From the human T2T-CHM13v2.0 reference genome, Homo sapiens: DNA of 64,000 bases. The stretch lies in assembly GCF_009914755.1 (NCBI RefSeq), contig NC_060935.1; one strand, given 5' to 3'. Under the pieces are notes generated by a model that saw nothing but the letters and a program-made list of their open reading frames with translations, ran no database searches and was not told the DNA's origin. Shown here in pieces: positions 39,343 through 54,185 of this stretch (the stretch's first letter is position 1; each line of letters begins with the position of its first letter). The translations under genes and the position numbers were made by a program.

Positions 39343-39596
39343 ATTTTGTGGGACAAACTTTTGGAGCTTAAAATCCTGCATTCTGATCCAGGTTCTGCAA
39401 TTTACTGACATGTTTCCTTGGAGGAAACACTTAACTTCTCTGAACATCAGTATCTCAGCTATGAAATGGAAGAGTATATACCACAATGAACAGTGAGTGT
39501 GAAAATTTATGAAATTATATCTTTTATCCCTCAACTACAGTGATAGATTACACATTTTCAGTGTTCAATAAATGATACCCTTTAAATTAGCCTTAT

Positions 39597-42500
39597 AGAT
39601 ACAACATACCAGAATCTCTGGGATAGCTAAAGCAGTATTAAGATAAAAGTTTATAGCACTAAATACCCACATAAAAAGGTTAGAAAGATCTCAAATTAAC
39701 AACCTAACCTCATACCTAGAGGAAGTACAAAAACAATAGCAAACCAACTGCAAAGCTAGCAGCAGAAAAAAAGTTACCAAAATCGGAGCTTCAACGGAAT
39801 AAAATGGAGATGCGAAAAACCATAAAAAAGATCAATGAAACCAAACGTTGGTGTTTTGGAAAGGATAAATAGATTGATAGACCACTAGCTAGACCAATAA
39901 AGAAAACAAGAGAGAAGATCCAAATAAACACAATCAGAAATGACAAAGGAACAGTACCACTGACTCCACAGAAATACAAAAAACCCTCAGAGACTATTAC
40001 AAACACCTCTACGTACACAAACTAGAAAACCTAGAAGAAATTAATAAATTCCTGGAAACAAACAAACTCCTAAGATTGAGGGAGGAAGAAATTGAAACCC
40101 TGAACACAGCAATAATGAGTTCCAAAATGGAATCAGTAATAAAAAAACCTATCAATTAGAAAAAGCTCTGGACCACATAGATTCACAGTCAAATTTTACC
40201 AGATGTATAAAGAAGAGCTGGTAAGAATCCTACTGAAACTATTCCAAAAAACTGAGGTGGAGAGATTCTTCCCTAACCTATCACATGAGTCTAGAATCAT
40301 TCTGATACCAAAACCTGGCAGACACACAATAAATAAAAGTTCAGGCCAATATTCAAGATGAACATAGATGCAAAAATTCTCAACAAAGTACTAACAAGCA
40401 GAATCCAGCAGCACATCAAAAAGTTAATTCACCATGACAAAACTGGCTTTATTCCTGGGATGCAAGGTTGGTTCAACATAGAAAAATCAATAAATGTGAT
40501 TCATCACATAAACAGAACTAAAAAATAAAAACCACATGACCATCTCAATACATGCAGAAAAGACTTTAGATAAAATTCAACATTTCTTCAAGTTTAAAAC
40601 CCTCAACAAACTAGGCATTTAAGGAAAATATATTAGAATAATAAGAGCTGTGTATGACAAACTCATAGTCAACATCACACTGAATGGGAAAAAGCTGAAA
40701 GCATTCCTTATGAGAATGAGAATAAGACAAGGATGCCCACTCTCACTATGCTTATTCAACTTAATACTCTAACCGGAGCAATCAGGCAAGAGAAAGAAAT
40801 AAAAGGCATGCAAGTAGGAAGGGGGGAAGTCAAACAATCTCTCTTTGAATATAATATGATTTTATACCTAGAAAACTTGATAGTCTCTGCCCAAAAGCTT
40901 CTAGATCTAATCAACAACTTCAGCAAAGTCTCAGGACTCAAAACCAATGTATAAAAATCAGTAGCATTTCTATACACCAACATCATCCAAGCTAATGCCA
41001 AATCAAGAATGCGATCCCATTCACAATAGGCACACAAAAAAATACCTAGGAATATAGCTAAGCAGGAAGGCATCTGATCTCTACAATGAAAATTAAAAAA
41101 CACTGCTGAAAAAATATCAGACGATACAAACAAATGAAAAAAATATTCCATGCTGATGGATTGGAAGAATCAATATTGTTAAAATGGCCATACTCTGTAA
41201 TGCACTTTACAGATTCTATAAATTCCTATCAAACTACCAATGATTTTTTTTTACAGAACTAGAACAAAAATTATTCTTAAATTCATATGGAACTAAAAAA
41301 GGAGTGCAAATAGTCAAAGCAATCATAAGCAAAAAAGAATGAAGCTGGAAGCATCATACTAGCTGACTTCAAACCATACTACAGTAACCAAAACAGCCTG
41401 TTACTGGTACAAAAATAGACACAGAGACCAATGGGACAGGTTAGAAAACCCAGAAATAGAGCTGCACACCTACAATCATTTGATCTTTGACAAAGTTGAC
41501 AAAAACAAGCAATGGGGAAAGGACTTCCTATTCAATAAATGGCTGCTCTGTGATAACTGGATAGCCATATACAGAAGATTGAACTTGTACCCTGTCTTTT
41601 CACCCCATAGAAAATCAGCTTGAAATGGATTAAAGGGTTCAATGGAAACCTAAAACGATGAAAACCCTAGAAGAAATCCTAGGAAATTCCATTCCTGACA
41701 TAGGCCCTGGCAAAGGCTTCATGATGAAGACTCCAAAAGCAATTGCAACAGAAAGAAAAATTGACAAGTGTGACCCAATTAAATTAAAGAGCTCTCAACA
41801 GCAAAAGAAACTATCAATATAGTAAACAGAAAACATACAAAATTGGAGAAAATATTTGCAAAGTATGCATTTGACAAAGGTCTAACATCCAAAATCTATA
41901 AAGAACTTAAACAAATTAACAAGCAAAAACCAAATAACCCCATTAAAAAATGGGCAAAGGACATGAACAGGCACTTCTCAGAAGAAGACATAAATGTTGT
42001 CAACAAGCATATGAAAAAATGTTCAACATCACTAATAACTAGAGAAGTACAAATCAAAACCACAACGAGATACTATCTGATACCAGTCAAAATGGCTATC
42101 ATTAAAAAGTCAAAAAATAACAGATTCTGTCAAGGTTGTGGAGAAAAGGGAATGCTTATATACTGCTGGTGGGAATGTAAATTAGTTCAGCCACTGTGGG
42201 AAGCAGCTTGGAGATTTCTCAAGGAACTTGAAACAGAACCACCATTTGTCCCAGCAATGCCATTATTGGGTATGTACCCAAAAAGAATATAAATTGTTCT
42301 ACCATAAAGACACACCCATGCATATGTTCATCACAGCACTATTCACAATAGCAAATACATGGAACCAAGCTCAATGTTGACGATGAACTGAATAAACAAA
42401 ATGTCGTATGTATACACCATGAAATAATATGTGGCCATAAAAAAGAATGAAGTCACATCCTTTGCAGCAACATTAACGGAGGTGGAGGCCATTATCCTAA

Positions 42501-42786
42501 ACGATCTAACTCAAGAACAAAAAAACAAATGCCACATGTTCTCACTTATATGTGGGAACTAAACATTGAGTATACATGGATACAAAGAAGGGAACAATAG
42601 ACATCAAGGCCTACTTGATAGTGGAGGTTAGAGGGAAGGAGAGGATCAAAAAATCACCTATTGGGTACTATGCTTATTACCTGGATAACAAAATAATTTG
42701 TACACCAAACCCCCATGACACACAATTTTTCCATGCAACAAACCTGCACGTGTACCCACTGAGCTTAAAAGTTGGAAAGGAAAAAA
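39597..42786 (+). mobile_element. L1PA15/16-like LINE-1, 5'-truncated (~3.2 kb), disrupted ORF2
   Basis: ORF2-like fragments ([15 protein letters not shown]; [10 protein letters not shown]), L1PA 3'UTR; TSD tagccttat at 39588-96 and 42787-95. Confidence 0.95.
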
Positions 42787-43160
42787 TAGCCTTATCAATG
42801 AAGTTCAGAACTTCAAAAATCCCTAAATCTTAGATACTTTTTTAAAAAGGAGGTATATTAAAGAAAACATTTAAAGATCCTGAATATAATCCTGAACCAC
42901 TACATGTACTGAAATGGCTCAATTAATGCTAGCTCTTATAGAAACTTGTAAAAATTACTTATAATTTGTTTCTACCAAGGAGCATATGAGGGTTGTGTTG
43001 GAATTTTCCCAGGAATCTGGGGCTGTGTCAAACATCCAACCTACTAATAATGTTACCCAACTGCAACTGCCTTATTATCTTCTGTCCCCTACCCCTGCAG
43101 AGAGAGAGAAAAAAAGTGCATTTAGGAATTACATTTGTATCTGAAAGGGATGACCCTTCA

Positions 43161-43344
43161 TGTTTTAGAATAACCACAATTTCACATCAGCAGTCAGTGA
43201 TGTAACAATTAGGGCTTTTTGAATGGCAGGCTAAGGTGTAGAACAGGGCACTTGTTTTAGAATAACCACAATTTCACATCAGCAGTCAGTGATGTAACAA
43301 TTAGGGCTTTTTGAATGGCAGGCTAAGGTGTAGAACAGGGGACT
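43161..43344. repeat. 92-bp direct tandem duplication (2 copies, 1 mismatch)
   Basis: Copies 43161-43252 and 43253-43344. Confidence 0.97.
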
Positions 43345-43377
43345 TGTCTTTGAATCAGGTAAACTTGATTTCCCAAC

Positions 43378-44063
<686 letters not shown>

Positions 44064-47000
44064 GCATCCTAATTCTGCCACAAGTCATTGGAAGAGTAAG
44101 TTAACTCTTTGGTAATCTGATAATAATAATGACCACTTCATGAAGATAATATTGTCATCACATGAGATAATGCATGTGGCAACACCTAGATTAATGCCTT
44201 AGATACAGTAAGTAACAGAGTAATAAATGTTTTAAATAGTATATGCATAAATACTACCACTTTTACCCTTTTTGTGGATGTAGACTTGTATATTTAAATA
44301 GTAAAGAAAAAAATGAAGAAAGTTTGAACACTATATTGTTGACCTATTTACACAGACATAATGCCTAGCACAACTACTTGTACTCAGCTTCACATTCTAT
44401 TATACACAATTGGGCAGTTTGTTGTAATTTTATGTTTTTTACGGGGTTGGGTACTCTGTTGATGGTAAGCAATAAATACAATAGAGCACATTTTATGCTG
44501 TTTATAGGTCTAAAATATCTCATTTTAAAAATTGGTCAGACTATAATTTATAGCGGCATATGTTAAGTTACCTATAGCCTAAGGTTCAGAACATTTTTTC
44601 TTGGTGAAGCAGCCCTTTATTTTTACCACCCATCCACTATTTTTTAGGATTTTATAAATTTTACATAATACAAAACACAGGCATCTAATACAAAGCCAGA
44701 ATGTCTGTCGGTATTACACACATATACCCGTGAACATACACACCTATTAACAAGCCCTTGAAAAATTGACATAGTAACATTGGTTATGTGCAGAAAATCT
44801 GTATCATTGTATATGGCTTACATGTAATGAATAGAATTATATAATACATGTGGCTTTTTAAAAATTATTCATATGCTGTAAATAAATGATATTATTGCAG
44901 TTGCCCAGGGATTTTGCCTCAGTCTCACTCAGCCTGGTCTTTAAAAATCAGGAGAGCACAGATAAAATGTACTATCTTTAGTCGTAGAAGTACTAATTCT
45001 GGACCACAAATATTTTCTTGTTAATTCAGTGTAGATCCAAGGTGACTACAATGTGAGGATGGATGGTGCTCTGTCTCATCAATAGTACTATTATTGTTTC
45101 TATGGCACCAAGGGCCAATCACTCAGAAAATCTCTATCTCTGCTGCATTTATGTTTCTGAAAACTTTATTTCCCAGAAGGAGGTAAAAAGGTAAATAATT
45201 ATAAAAATGCTGGCCTTAGGTGGTTATTTTTAAGTAACTATTGTAAACGACATGTAATGTTCAGACCCAAATTTAATATATTATAATAAAAAGAATGTAG
45301 GATTTGGCACACAGTAGGCTTAGTACTTGCCTTTACCTTTGTAGGAAAAGTTGAGCATGTTCTATAGACTTTGATCTCAGAGTCTTATTCTGTAATATGA
45401 ATAGAACAGTACTTCCCACATAGATCATCCTGACAGTGACCTTTGGATAAGTTCCCTGAAAAGTTTCTCATGCAGAACCTTTCCTTCTTTCCCTTGAGCG
45501 TCCTCAAGTTAACTGTGGCAATTACTATAGGAATGGGAAAGGCAATGGGCCTGGGAAAGGGTGACCTGGATACAACTTTGTTTCGTATCAGCTAATATTT
45601 GTTTCACCTGGACAAGTCACTTAATCCCCCCAAACTATAGTTTATTCATTATAAGAATTAAAAAAAAAGAAAGAAACAACAGTATCTAGTTTGACTACCT
45701 CACTAGTCTGTTGAAGGTAAATTAAAAACTAGATTTCAAAGCGCTTTGTAAACTGTATCAAGAAGCCTTTAAAGAATATAGCTCAGCCGTTAACTGGAAG
45801 GTATTTTCAAGTTGTTTTGTTAAATAAAGAATGTTGATATGTAGTGAACTATGTAAAAAAAGTTTGTTTTTAAACAAGTAATGATAAAAACTATACATAT
45901 ACCCATATATAAAAATATATTTATATATTTATATAATATATTTGTATCTATATATTTACATCTAAATATATCTGTAGATATGTATTGGTGTAATTCCATC
46001 AGCACAGATAAATATCAGCATTGCTTACATGGGCCAAGTAAAGTAGGGATGGTGGAAGAAGAGAAAAGGTTAGCATTGGAACAGCAAACAAACCAAAAAA
46101 CTTACAAAACAATTTCCAGAAAATAAAAACTATCTATATCCAAGATAAGTATATGTGTGTGATATAATCTATGTTAATCTGAAGTGTATGAATATTATTT
46201 GCATGTTTATGTTTATAGACATAAACTATACAAGGATAATCACCAAACATGAATGGTAGACATCTCAGAGTGAAATGTGGCAGAGGAATATGTTTCCATT
46301 TTATTCCTAAACATAGTTAGTATTTTATATTCTTGTTCAATGAGCACATATTACTTAGAAAATTTTAAATATGCACGTTTTTATTGTGAAAACCAAAACA
46401 AAATTACCAACAAATCCAAGGAATTATTATCCACTATACCAGGCATTTTTTTTAACCTATGTTCCATTATTTCTCCTGCTTTTCCCACTGCAGACATTAC
46501 TAGTTGATTATAACCTCCTTTCTTATTAAGACTAAACACAGCCTCATAATTCTTCCTCACACAGTGCAACAGGAGCTACTATTAAGTAATGAGAGATGGT
46601 CATGATAAATGAAATAATGACTTGCTATTGAGGCATTAATTTACTTCCTTGAAGGGACAACCCTGGATTTTCATTTCTGCAACTGCACTGCATCAGCAAA
46701 ATTTTAGCCAACTGTGTGTGGAATAAATGAGTATTTTATTTAGATAATAATTATAATTTAAACAATGGTTATTTTCAATAACGATATTAGACAGTAATTG
46801 ATACAAAATTAATCGTTCACATACGTCAATCTTCAACAGGAAAAAGTCATTGAAAATAAAATGATATTTAAAAAGAAAGCCTCTAACATAGAAAAATTGG
46901 ACACATATATCAAAATTGTGTAGTTATGCTCCCATTACTGTTGAAGAAACAGTAAGATACTCACTTATTGTTAAAGTAGATTATGATCTCAGCAAGATTA

Positions 47001-48920
47001 TTTAAAGAAAGATCTCCAACGTGACACTGCTCTCTAAATTCATAGTAATTTTCTGTAAAGAACTGTACCTCAGACTCATTTGCCTTATCTGTTAAATGGA
47101 ACTAAAGGAATCCCTCTCCTTCAAAAGATTGAACACATGTGAAAATGCTCTGCTAACAACTAAGCAGGATAAAAATGTGAATAATTGTGATTATAGATGG
47201 TTATTACTGCATGTGATTTATATGAAAAAAATGACATGCTAGTCATGATAAAACCTAGTAGAATTTGGTAAAGGTGATCCTCTTGGGAGAAAAAAATGGT
47301 TTCTGTACTAATAACTTAGTTTTGTCATTTGATTAAGCATCTTCAAATTGTTTAAAAGTATAATTAATTATGGATGTAGACAGTTGCATCCTGTAACTGT
47401 GCAGTAAATGCTTGTGGTGTTGAATTGCGTAGAGGAGGGCCAGGAGTATATATCTTCAGATTCTTGCTTTATTACAATTCAAAATTCAAACACTTTGAAG
47501 CCTTCTATTACTATTTGTAAAATGAAAAAGAATCAAGACATATGGAATAAAATGGTTAAGAATACAATCTGTTTTGGTAGTTTGAAGAAGTGACTCATTT
47601 GATTATAGCGCCCTAAATTTCTTTCCATCAGTAAACATTGTCTGATCAGCCATAGTATATAAACCTTGTGTTGGGTAATTTAGGAAACACTGTGGGAGAA
47701 ACAAAATACTCAAAAGAAGTTAAATTTGAGGTGGTTCATAAGTGTCTCTATAAAGATAAAATGCATTGTGGGGGCTCAGAATTTAGTTATGTCTAACATA
47801 TATTGATTCAATAATTACCTTGCTCTAGGAACTGTGGTAGTTTAGGATACAGTTCTTCCAATCAGATAGATTTTAGAGAAAAGAAATAATAAGCTATTAG
47901 GACTGCACAAGATGATATTTCAGAAGGAATCCTAGGGCATATAGCTGTACAGAGAAGACCATCCCTCTGCCATCTACGCCCACCAACTCTATTAGTTCAG
48001 CTAGGAATGACTTTTGGAATGAGGTGATCCTTCAGTTGTGTTTTAAAGGAGAAGAAAATGGCTGAATCAGAGAAACTGAGCCAAAGAATGAAAGGGTGAA
48101 TCAAAGAAAAGGTAAAAGTAAAAGTAAAATTTCATTCAACTCAAATTTTGAAGTCAGTGCCTTTTAAATATATTAGGTTATGTAAAGGTTGATTATCCAG
48201 TGAGATACATATTATTTTGTCCCACTATTATTTTATTTTCATTTTTATGTATGCTCTATAGAGACCCAGTTTCATTAAATGGTAATGTCAGGATTGGAAT
48301 TCAATTCCATTCTAACCTCTCTTTCTTTCATTTTCTTAATATTAACACTTTTTATTTCAGCTCCTTCATTCTTCCAGACATGGAAGAAGAAATAAGCATA
48401 AAAGCCTTAACTTTTCTTTCTAGTAGTAAGAATGAGATTAGAAGTTTTCATACTAATTTTTCTTTTTTTTTCCTAAGACCAAGATAGAGACTTACATAAG
48501 GGTTAGTCATGCCTAAGGAAAAAGTTAATAAAATGCTGATCACTGACCATTCCTTATCAAGTTGAGTTCCTAACCAGTCCTCACTTTCTTTCAGAAAATA
48601 TTACCCAGTAGAAAGAATATTTTCAAACATCATGCCAGAATGTCTTGTAGAAGAGGGGTAAACAAGTAAATATTCTCAGTGAATGTAATAAATGCTACAA
48701 TAGAGACCAATACAAAGTGCTGAGGAAATGACCAACACTATGAGAATGCTAGGGAGGGTGTCATGGGAAGATCATATTTAAGAGACGTTTTAAGGGATAA
48801 ACAGGCATTTCTTTTTCAATGTGGAGGGGAAATAGGACACATTCTATTTTGAGTGAACCTCTTAAATGAAGATACCACAATGTGTCTGAGTGAAGTTTTG
48901 AGTGAAGAATAATCAACCTG

Positions 48921-49523
48921 CAGTCTACCATTAATGGGCATTCAGATTGATTCCTGTCTTTGCTATTGTGGATAATGCTACAATAAACATATGCATGCAT
49001 GTGTCTTTATGATAGAATGATTTGTATTCCTTTCAGTATATACCCAGCAATGGGATTGTTGGGTCAAATGGTATTTTTGTTTTTAGGTCTTTGAGGAACT
49101 GCCACACCATTTTCCACAATGGTTGAACTAATGTATGTGCCCACCAACAGTGTATAAGTGTTCCTTTTTCTCCACAACTTCACTAGCTCCAGTTATTTTT
49201 TGACTTTTTAATAATAGCCATTCTGACTGGTGTGAGATGCTATCCTTAGCAAACGGACGAATAGTTAACAGGAACAGAAAACTAAGTACCCCATGTTCTC
49301 ACTTATAAGTGGAGCTAAATGATGAGAACACATGGACCCATAGAGGGGGACAACAGACAATGGGGCCAATCGGAGGGTGGAGGGAGAGGATCAGGAAAAA
49401 CAACTAACGGATACTAGGCTTAATTCCTGGGTGACGAAATAATCTGTACAACTAATCTTCATGACACAAATTTACCTATATAACAAACCTGTACAGGTAC
49501 CCCTGAACTTAACATCTTAAAAA
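48921..49523 (+). mobile_element. L1PA13-16-like 3' end with twin-priming inversion
   Basis: Antisense 48921-49244 joined via TATC to sense tatccttagcaaac...aacaaacctgtacaggtacccctgaactt. Confidence 0.88.
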
Positions 49524-49751
49524 GACATGAATTTATGGGACTGTCTAAACTGCTAGGTAGCATCTGATTGTGTCCTCCCTAGTATTCCAGAAGTTGAGCA
49601 CAGGAAGACTGCTTCAGGGCTATTTGGAAAGACATGATGATGGCCTCATTTCTCTTCTAGCATGATGGATCAGTATCAGTACAGGATGCACTGGTTGACC
49701 GACCATTAGTGGAACAAAATCACTTCAAGGACCTTCATAAAGGATAGCTGC

Positions 49752-49842
49752 TCTCTCTAACTCTATCTCTTTCTCTGTCTCTAGACACACCACATATATA
49801 CACACACACTCTCTCTCTCTCACACACACACACTCACACACT
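49752..49842. repeat. Compound (CT)n/(CA)n microsatellite
   Basis: Direct reading. Confidence 0.8.
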
Positions 49843-52399
49843 CATGATGGTTTCTATGGCTATGTTGCCACATAGTCTGAAAACTGCATGTGACATATAT
49901 CTTGATTCTGCCACTTAAGAATTTAAAGGTCAAGGGTAAGCTAATCCATCTTTCTGAGAATTCATTTTTCCTCATTTGTTAACTAGAGTGATAATACCTC
50001 CCTGCCAAGGTTGCTGCGATAATTTAAATATAAAAATAGATTTGATAACCCCTGGCATAATCTAACAGACAGTAAGTGCTCAGCATTTTTTTCTTCCTTT
50101 CACTTTCTTGAGGGAAAATTTTTGTAGCTTACAGATTCTTGGTCACCAATACCAGGAAAATAAATTACTTCTATGTACGACAGAAAGAGGTAAAAATACA
50201 GATGATGTGTACCGTATTCTTAGTGTGCATGAATACCACTGACACTTATTAGGTCCACCCCAGGTGCCAGACACTGGTTAATCTTGGAGACACAGGACCA
50301 GTGAAGGAAAAGACCCCTTCCTCAAACAACTCACAACCAATTAAGATCAAGAAATACATGAATCACAGAAAGTTAGGTAATAAAATGGAATTAAACTCAG
50401 AATAAGACTTGCTTACAAAATCTATAATGGGTCCAATACCCATTAACATGTCTACAACACCTATTGCTAGATGATATTTAAGTAGTGAATGAATTTAGAC
50501 TAAATACTTGATACAGTTCTGCGTCACTCAGGAATTCAGTTTGTGTGGGAGTATTTTCAGACCAAAGGGCATGAATTAATTGCACTAACCCCAAATAAAA
50601 ATGCATTTGAGAAAACAGGAAAGTATTGTCATCTGAGAGACAGTTATTTTTTCAACTTAATTTTGTTTCTTATTTTGTCTGTCTTTTCTGAAGATTAAGA
50701 CTAACTCCTTTTTTTCCCTCTTAGCTTTGATGTATGTGTGTAGGGGCTGTAGATGGTATAAAAATAACGTTTTCAATAATATATGCTCTTTCAGATAAAC
50801 AGAACTCTCTCAGTAAAATACATATGAGAACATTCCTTCCAGCCACCAGCTGTGATTCATTTATTACCCAGATGGCCAAAGTTCTTGGGAAAAGAGAATG
50901 GTCATTTCTCTCAACATCCACCCCCACAATTCTCCAACTTTTACCCCTTTTCCGTAATAATGCCAATCATACCTTATTAGATATTTTCTTACCCCCACCC
51001 CACAACCAGAGTGTTTTCCTGCTCCACCTGCTCTTCTGACTCAGCGATTATTTTCTGGTATTATAAAAGCAGACCAAATTTTGCTTAGAAAATTTAAAGT
51101 AAAATCTTTAAAAGGGGACTGAATGTTGGTGCTTATTGATAGGTACTATCATTTTTCTCAAGCAACATTCCTTTGATGTGGCAGACATAATTTCAAAGGA
51201 TTTTAGAAACATTCAGATGTTCAACTGACCTTATACATTGGTACAGTACAATAAAGAATTCCACTGTGAGCCTTCCTTTTGCCATAAATAATACAGTATG
51301 CAGTCAATAGAGGACAGACAACAAAAAAGGGAACTATTAGAAGGGGTCTGCAGTAATTTTTAATGTCACAGTATGTTTCTGATGCTATCAAAGACTTAAC
51401 CAAGAAAATGTTCAGATAAGAATTAAAATTTATATAGTAAGTCAGTTTGTTTTGATTTAATTAGAATTATAATTAATGATGGAGGTGAAACAAACTGAGG
51501 TAGGAACTTGGCAATAATGTCTATACTCCAGCTTTAGAAAGGTACAATTCAACGATCATAATAACCAGAAATATGCTAATGGAAGTTTAAGAAAAAATGC
51601 AAATGGCTCTGCTGGGATGGATATTTTGAATGTCAGTACTACTTCAGATTAATACTATTAAGACAAAAGGTGCGGTCCATAGATGCAAGTACAGTAGGGT
51701 CTTGTGTTCTGAATGAGAAATGTTAGGAATTAGAAAGATTTCTTCCCTTTAAGTATGTTCACATTTAAGTATGTTCCCTTTAAGTATGATCACATTTCTT
51801 TCTAAACCAACTTTCAGGGATACTTATAGAAGCCTTAAAGAAAATATGCTGTGTTTAAATTATATGAGCATAAAGCTGAAGGGGCCTTTGTAGTCTAATA
51901 TTTTACAGATAATGGGAGTAAGAGTTAGAGAAATGAGGGAACTCTACTATCGTCATACCGATAGTTGGTAGCAACACTAAAATATAAATAGACCTCATTC
52001 CACTACTGCAAAAATATATTGGCAGCTTGGAGCTCCTATTTCTACAAATCCAACTTGCCCCTGTGCTAGAAATCATATCCTCACCTCTTCCTTCATCACC
52101 ACCATAAATTGCAGTTGGAGGCATTCACTGAAAAATAAAAGCAAGGAAGATAAATTAAAAGTCAAATATTCCTGTTACGTTCTGATGCTCGGTTTTACTT
52201 AACTCATTTGCCAGGCGAAACTTTAAGGAAAAATTTATCTTTTTAGTTAACATAAAACACTTGTTTGAAATCTGAATTCATAGCAAAATATGATGTTTAT
52301 AAAACAAGTTTCATATGTCACTGAAAAAAAGGTCTCCAAGGATCCTTTGCCTGTAGAAACATTTTTCTTGTTCTTGTTTCTTCCCTAGACTTTATAGTA

Positions 52400-52675
52400 C
52401 ATTTGTTTCTCTGTATTAGTGGGCAGTTGGGTTCAGGATCTCCCGTGAACACTCAAATCCACAGATGTTCCATGTCCTTGATATAAAATGGCAGAGTATT
52501 TGCATATAACCTATGTACATCTTCCCCTATACTGTAAATCATCTCTAGGTTACCTATAATACTTAACAGGATGTAATCATACATGTTCAGTACAGAGGCA
52601 AATTTTCTAAATATTTTTGATCCATGGTTCATTAAACCCACAGATATGGAATCTGTGAATACAGAGGGCCTACTC
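52400..52675 (+). mobile_element. MER2 (TcMar-Tigger) fossil
   Basis: aaatccacagatg...gatataaaatggcagagtatttgcatataacctatgtacatcttccc...gaatacagagggcc; TA flanks. Confidence 0.85.
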
Positions 52676-53962
52676 TATGTAGAAAAAGTTTTCAAGATCG
52701 TCTTATAAGAAAAACTTTAGTAGAACATGAACATATGGAGATAGTATGCTTTATACCTTATAAAATGATTTTTGCATTGCACCTAGCCTTTTATTCTGCT
52801 TTTTGGAGTGAATGGTTAAGTGATGTATGAGCTCTTTTTCCCCTCTTGCACATGTGGAATGGGAGGCGAGTTTGATAAAGCACCTGTACAAGGGAACAGC
52901 TAGAGACACTATGTCATAAATGCCCAATGTATAACAGGTAGACTCCTTAATCAGAGTCCTAAATACTCTGCAAAAATCACAAAGTAGTTTAGGCTCTTGC
53001 CTTTCTAAGTCCAGAAAATAACATCTACTACCATCATTTTCACTTCTACCTACACCTCTTCAGAATGCCAGTATGTCCTGCTGAACATTCATACCCAAGG
53101 CTCATCAAATTTAATGTGTCCAAGTGCACACATTATTGTTTTCCTCTATTTTCTTTCTGGTCCTCTTAGTTCCTATATAGTTCAACCTTACCAGAAGTTC
53201 TGAAAATCAATAAACACTCTATGTATTCTCTTTTCTTTCAACTGTCACTACCTTAGTGCAGAATTTTCTTGTTCTTTGTTTGGACTGATGTTTAGATACT
53301 TTAACTACTCTCCTCTCTAACTGCTCTTATTTATAACAATTATTCTGCCATTGAAGTAAGAGTATTTTGCTAAAATTTAAATCTGTGCATGATCTACCCT
53401 AGTTTCTAATCACCCAATGGCTTCCTATCATCTGCAATTTAATTTCCAAATAATTCCTCGTCACTGCTCCATGATAAACAAAAGTAAACTTAAAACAAAC
53501 TAAATTCCCATTGTTCAGTAAGCTTGGAAATGTTGTGTATTTAGCTTCCTTTAAACAATTGGTATGTCAAAATATTTGCAAAACTGAGCCATATGAAAAC
53601 CTGCTTGACTAGGTCTGGCCCAAGCATCTTATAATTAATTCTATATACACATGTTCAGCCACTTCTCTTGTTACCCACTCTTACATTTTTTACAACATAG
53701 TACGCCTAACCACATATTTGTTGTTTGGTCTCTGTAAGAGCATATGCAAAAAAAATGTTACCCTTGAGATATCTCAAAGTATACCCTTTAAAACAGGTAC
53801 TATCCTTTCTGGATCTCTATATCCCCATTACCTACAATGCCTGTCAAACAGTAGATTCTCAGTGAATACATGATGACAGAATGGGTGGAGGGATGGGTGA
53901 TGGTAAACTGACAGGCTGCAGTCATGCATTATTCTAGACAATGAGGCAGAAAAGCCCTACAG

Positions 53963-54185
53963 CAAGCTTGTCCAACCTGTGGCACATGGCCACTTATGGC
54001 CCAGGACAGCTTTGAATGCAGCCCAACAAAAATTCATAAACTTTCTTAAAACATTATGAGATTTTATTTTGCAATTTTTTTAAGCTCATCAGCTATCATT
54101 AGTGTTAGTGTATTTTATGTGTGGCCCAAGGCAATTCTTATTCTTCTGGTGTGGTCCAGAGAAGCCAAACAATTGGACACCCCTG
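53963..54185 (-). mobile_element. MER30 hAT fossil
   Basis: caagcttgtccaac...gctcatcagctatcattagtgttagtgtattttatgtgtggcccaag...attggacacccctg. Confidence 0.9.

Noticed and set aside
41843-42292. Longest ORF (149 aa) as a gene
   Set aside because: It is an L1 ORF2 C-terminal fragment within a frameshifted, truncated L1PA
43161-43344. Repeat pair as a CRISPR-like array
   Set aside because: Two abutting 92-bp copies, no spacers, no cas genes, primate DNA
51745-51797. Short tandem tttaagtatgttc repeat (~3 copies)
   Set aside because: Ordinary slippage repeat with no functional indication
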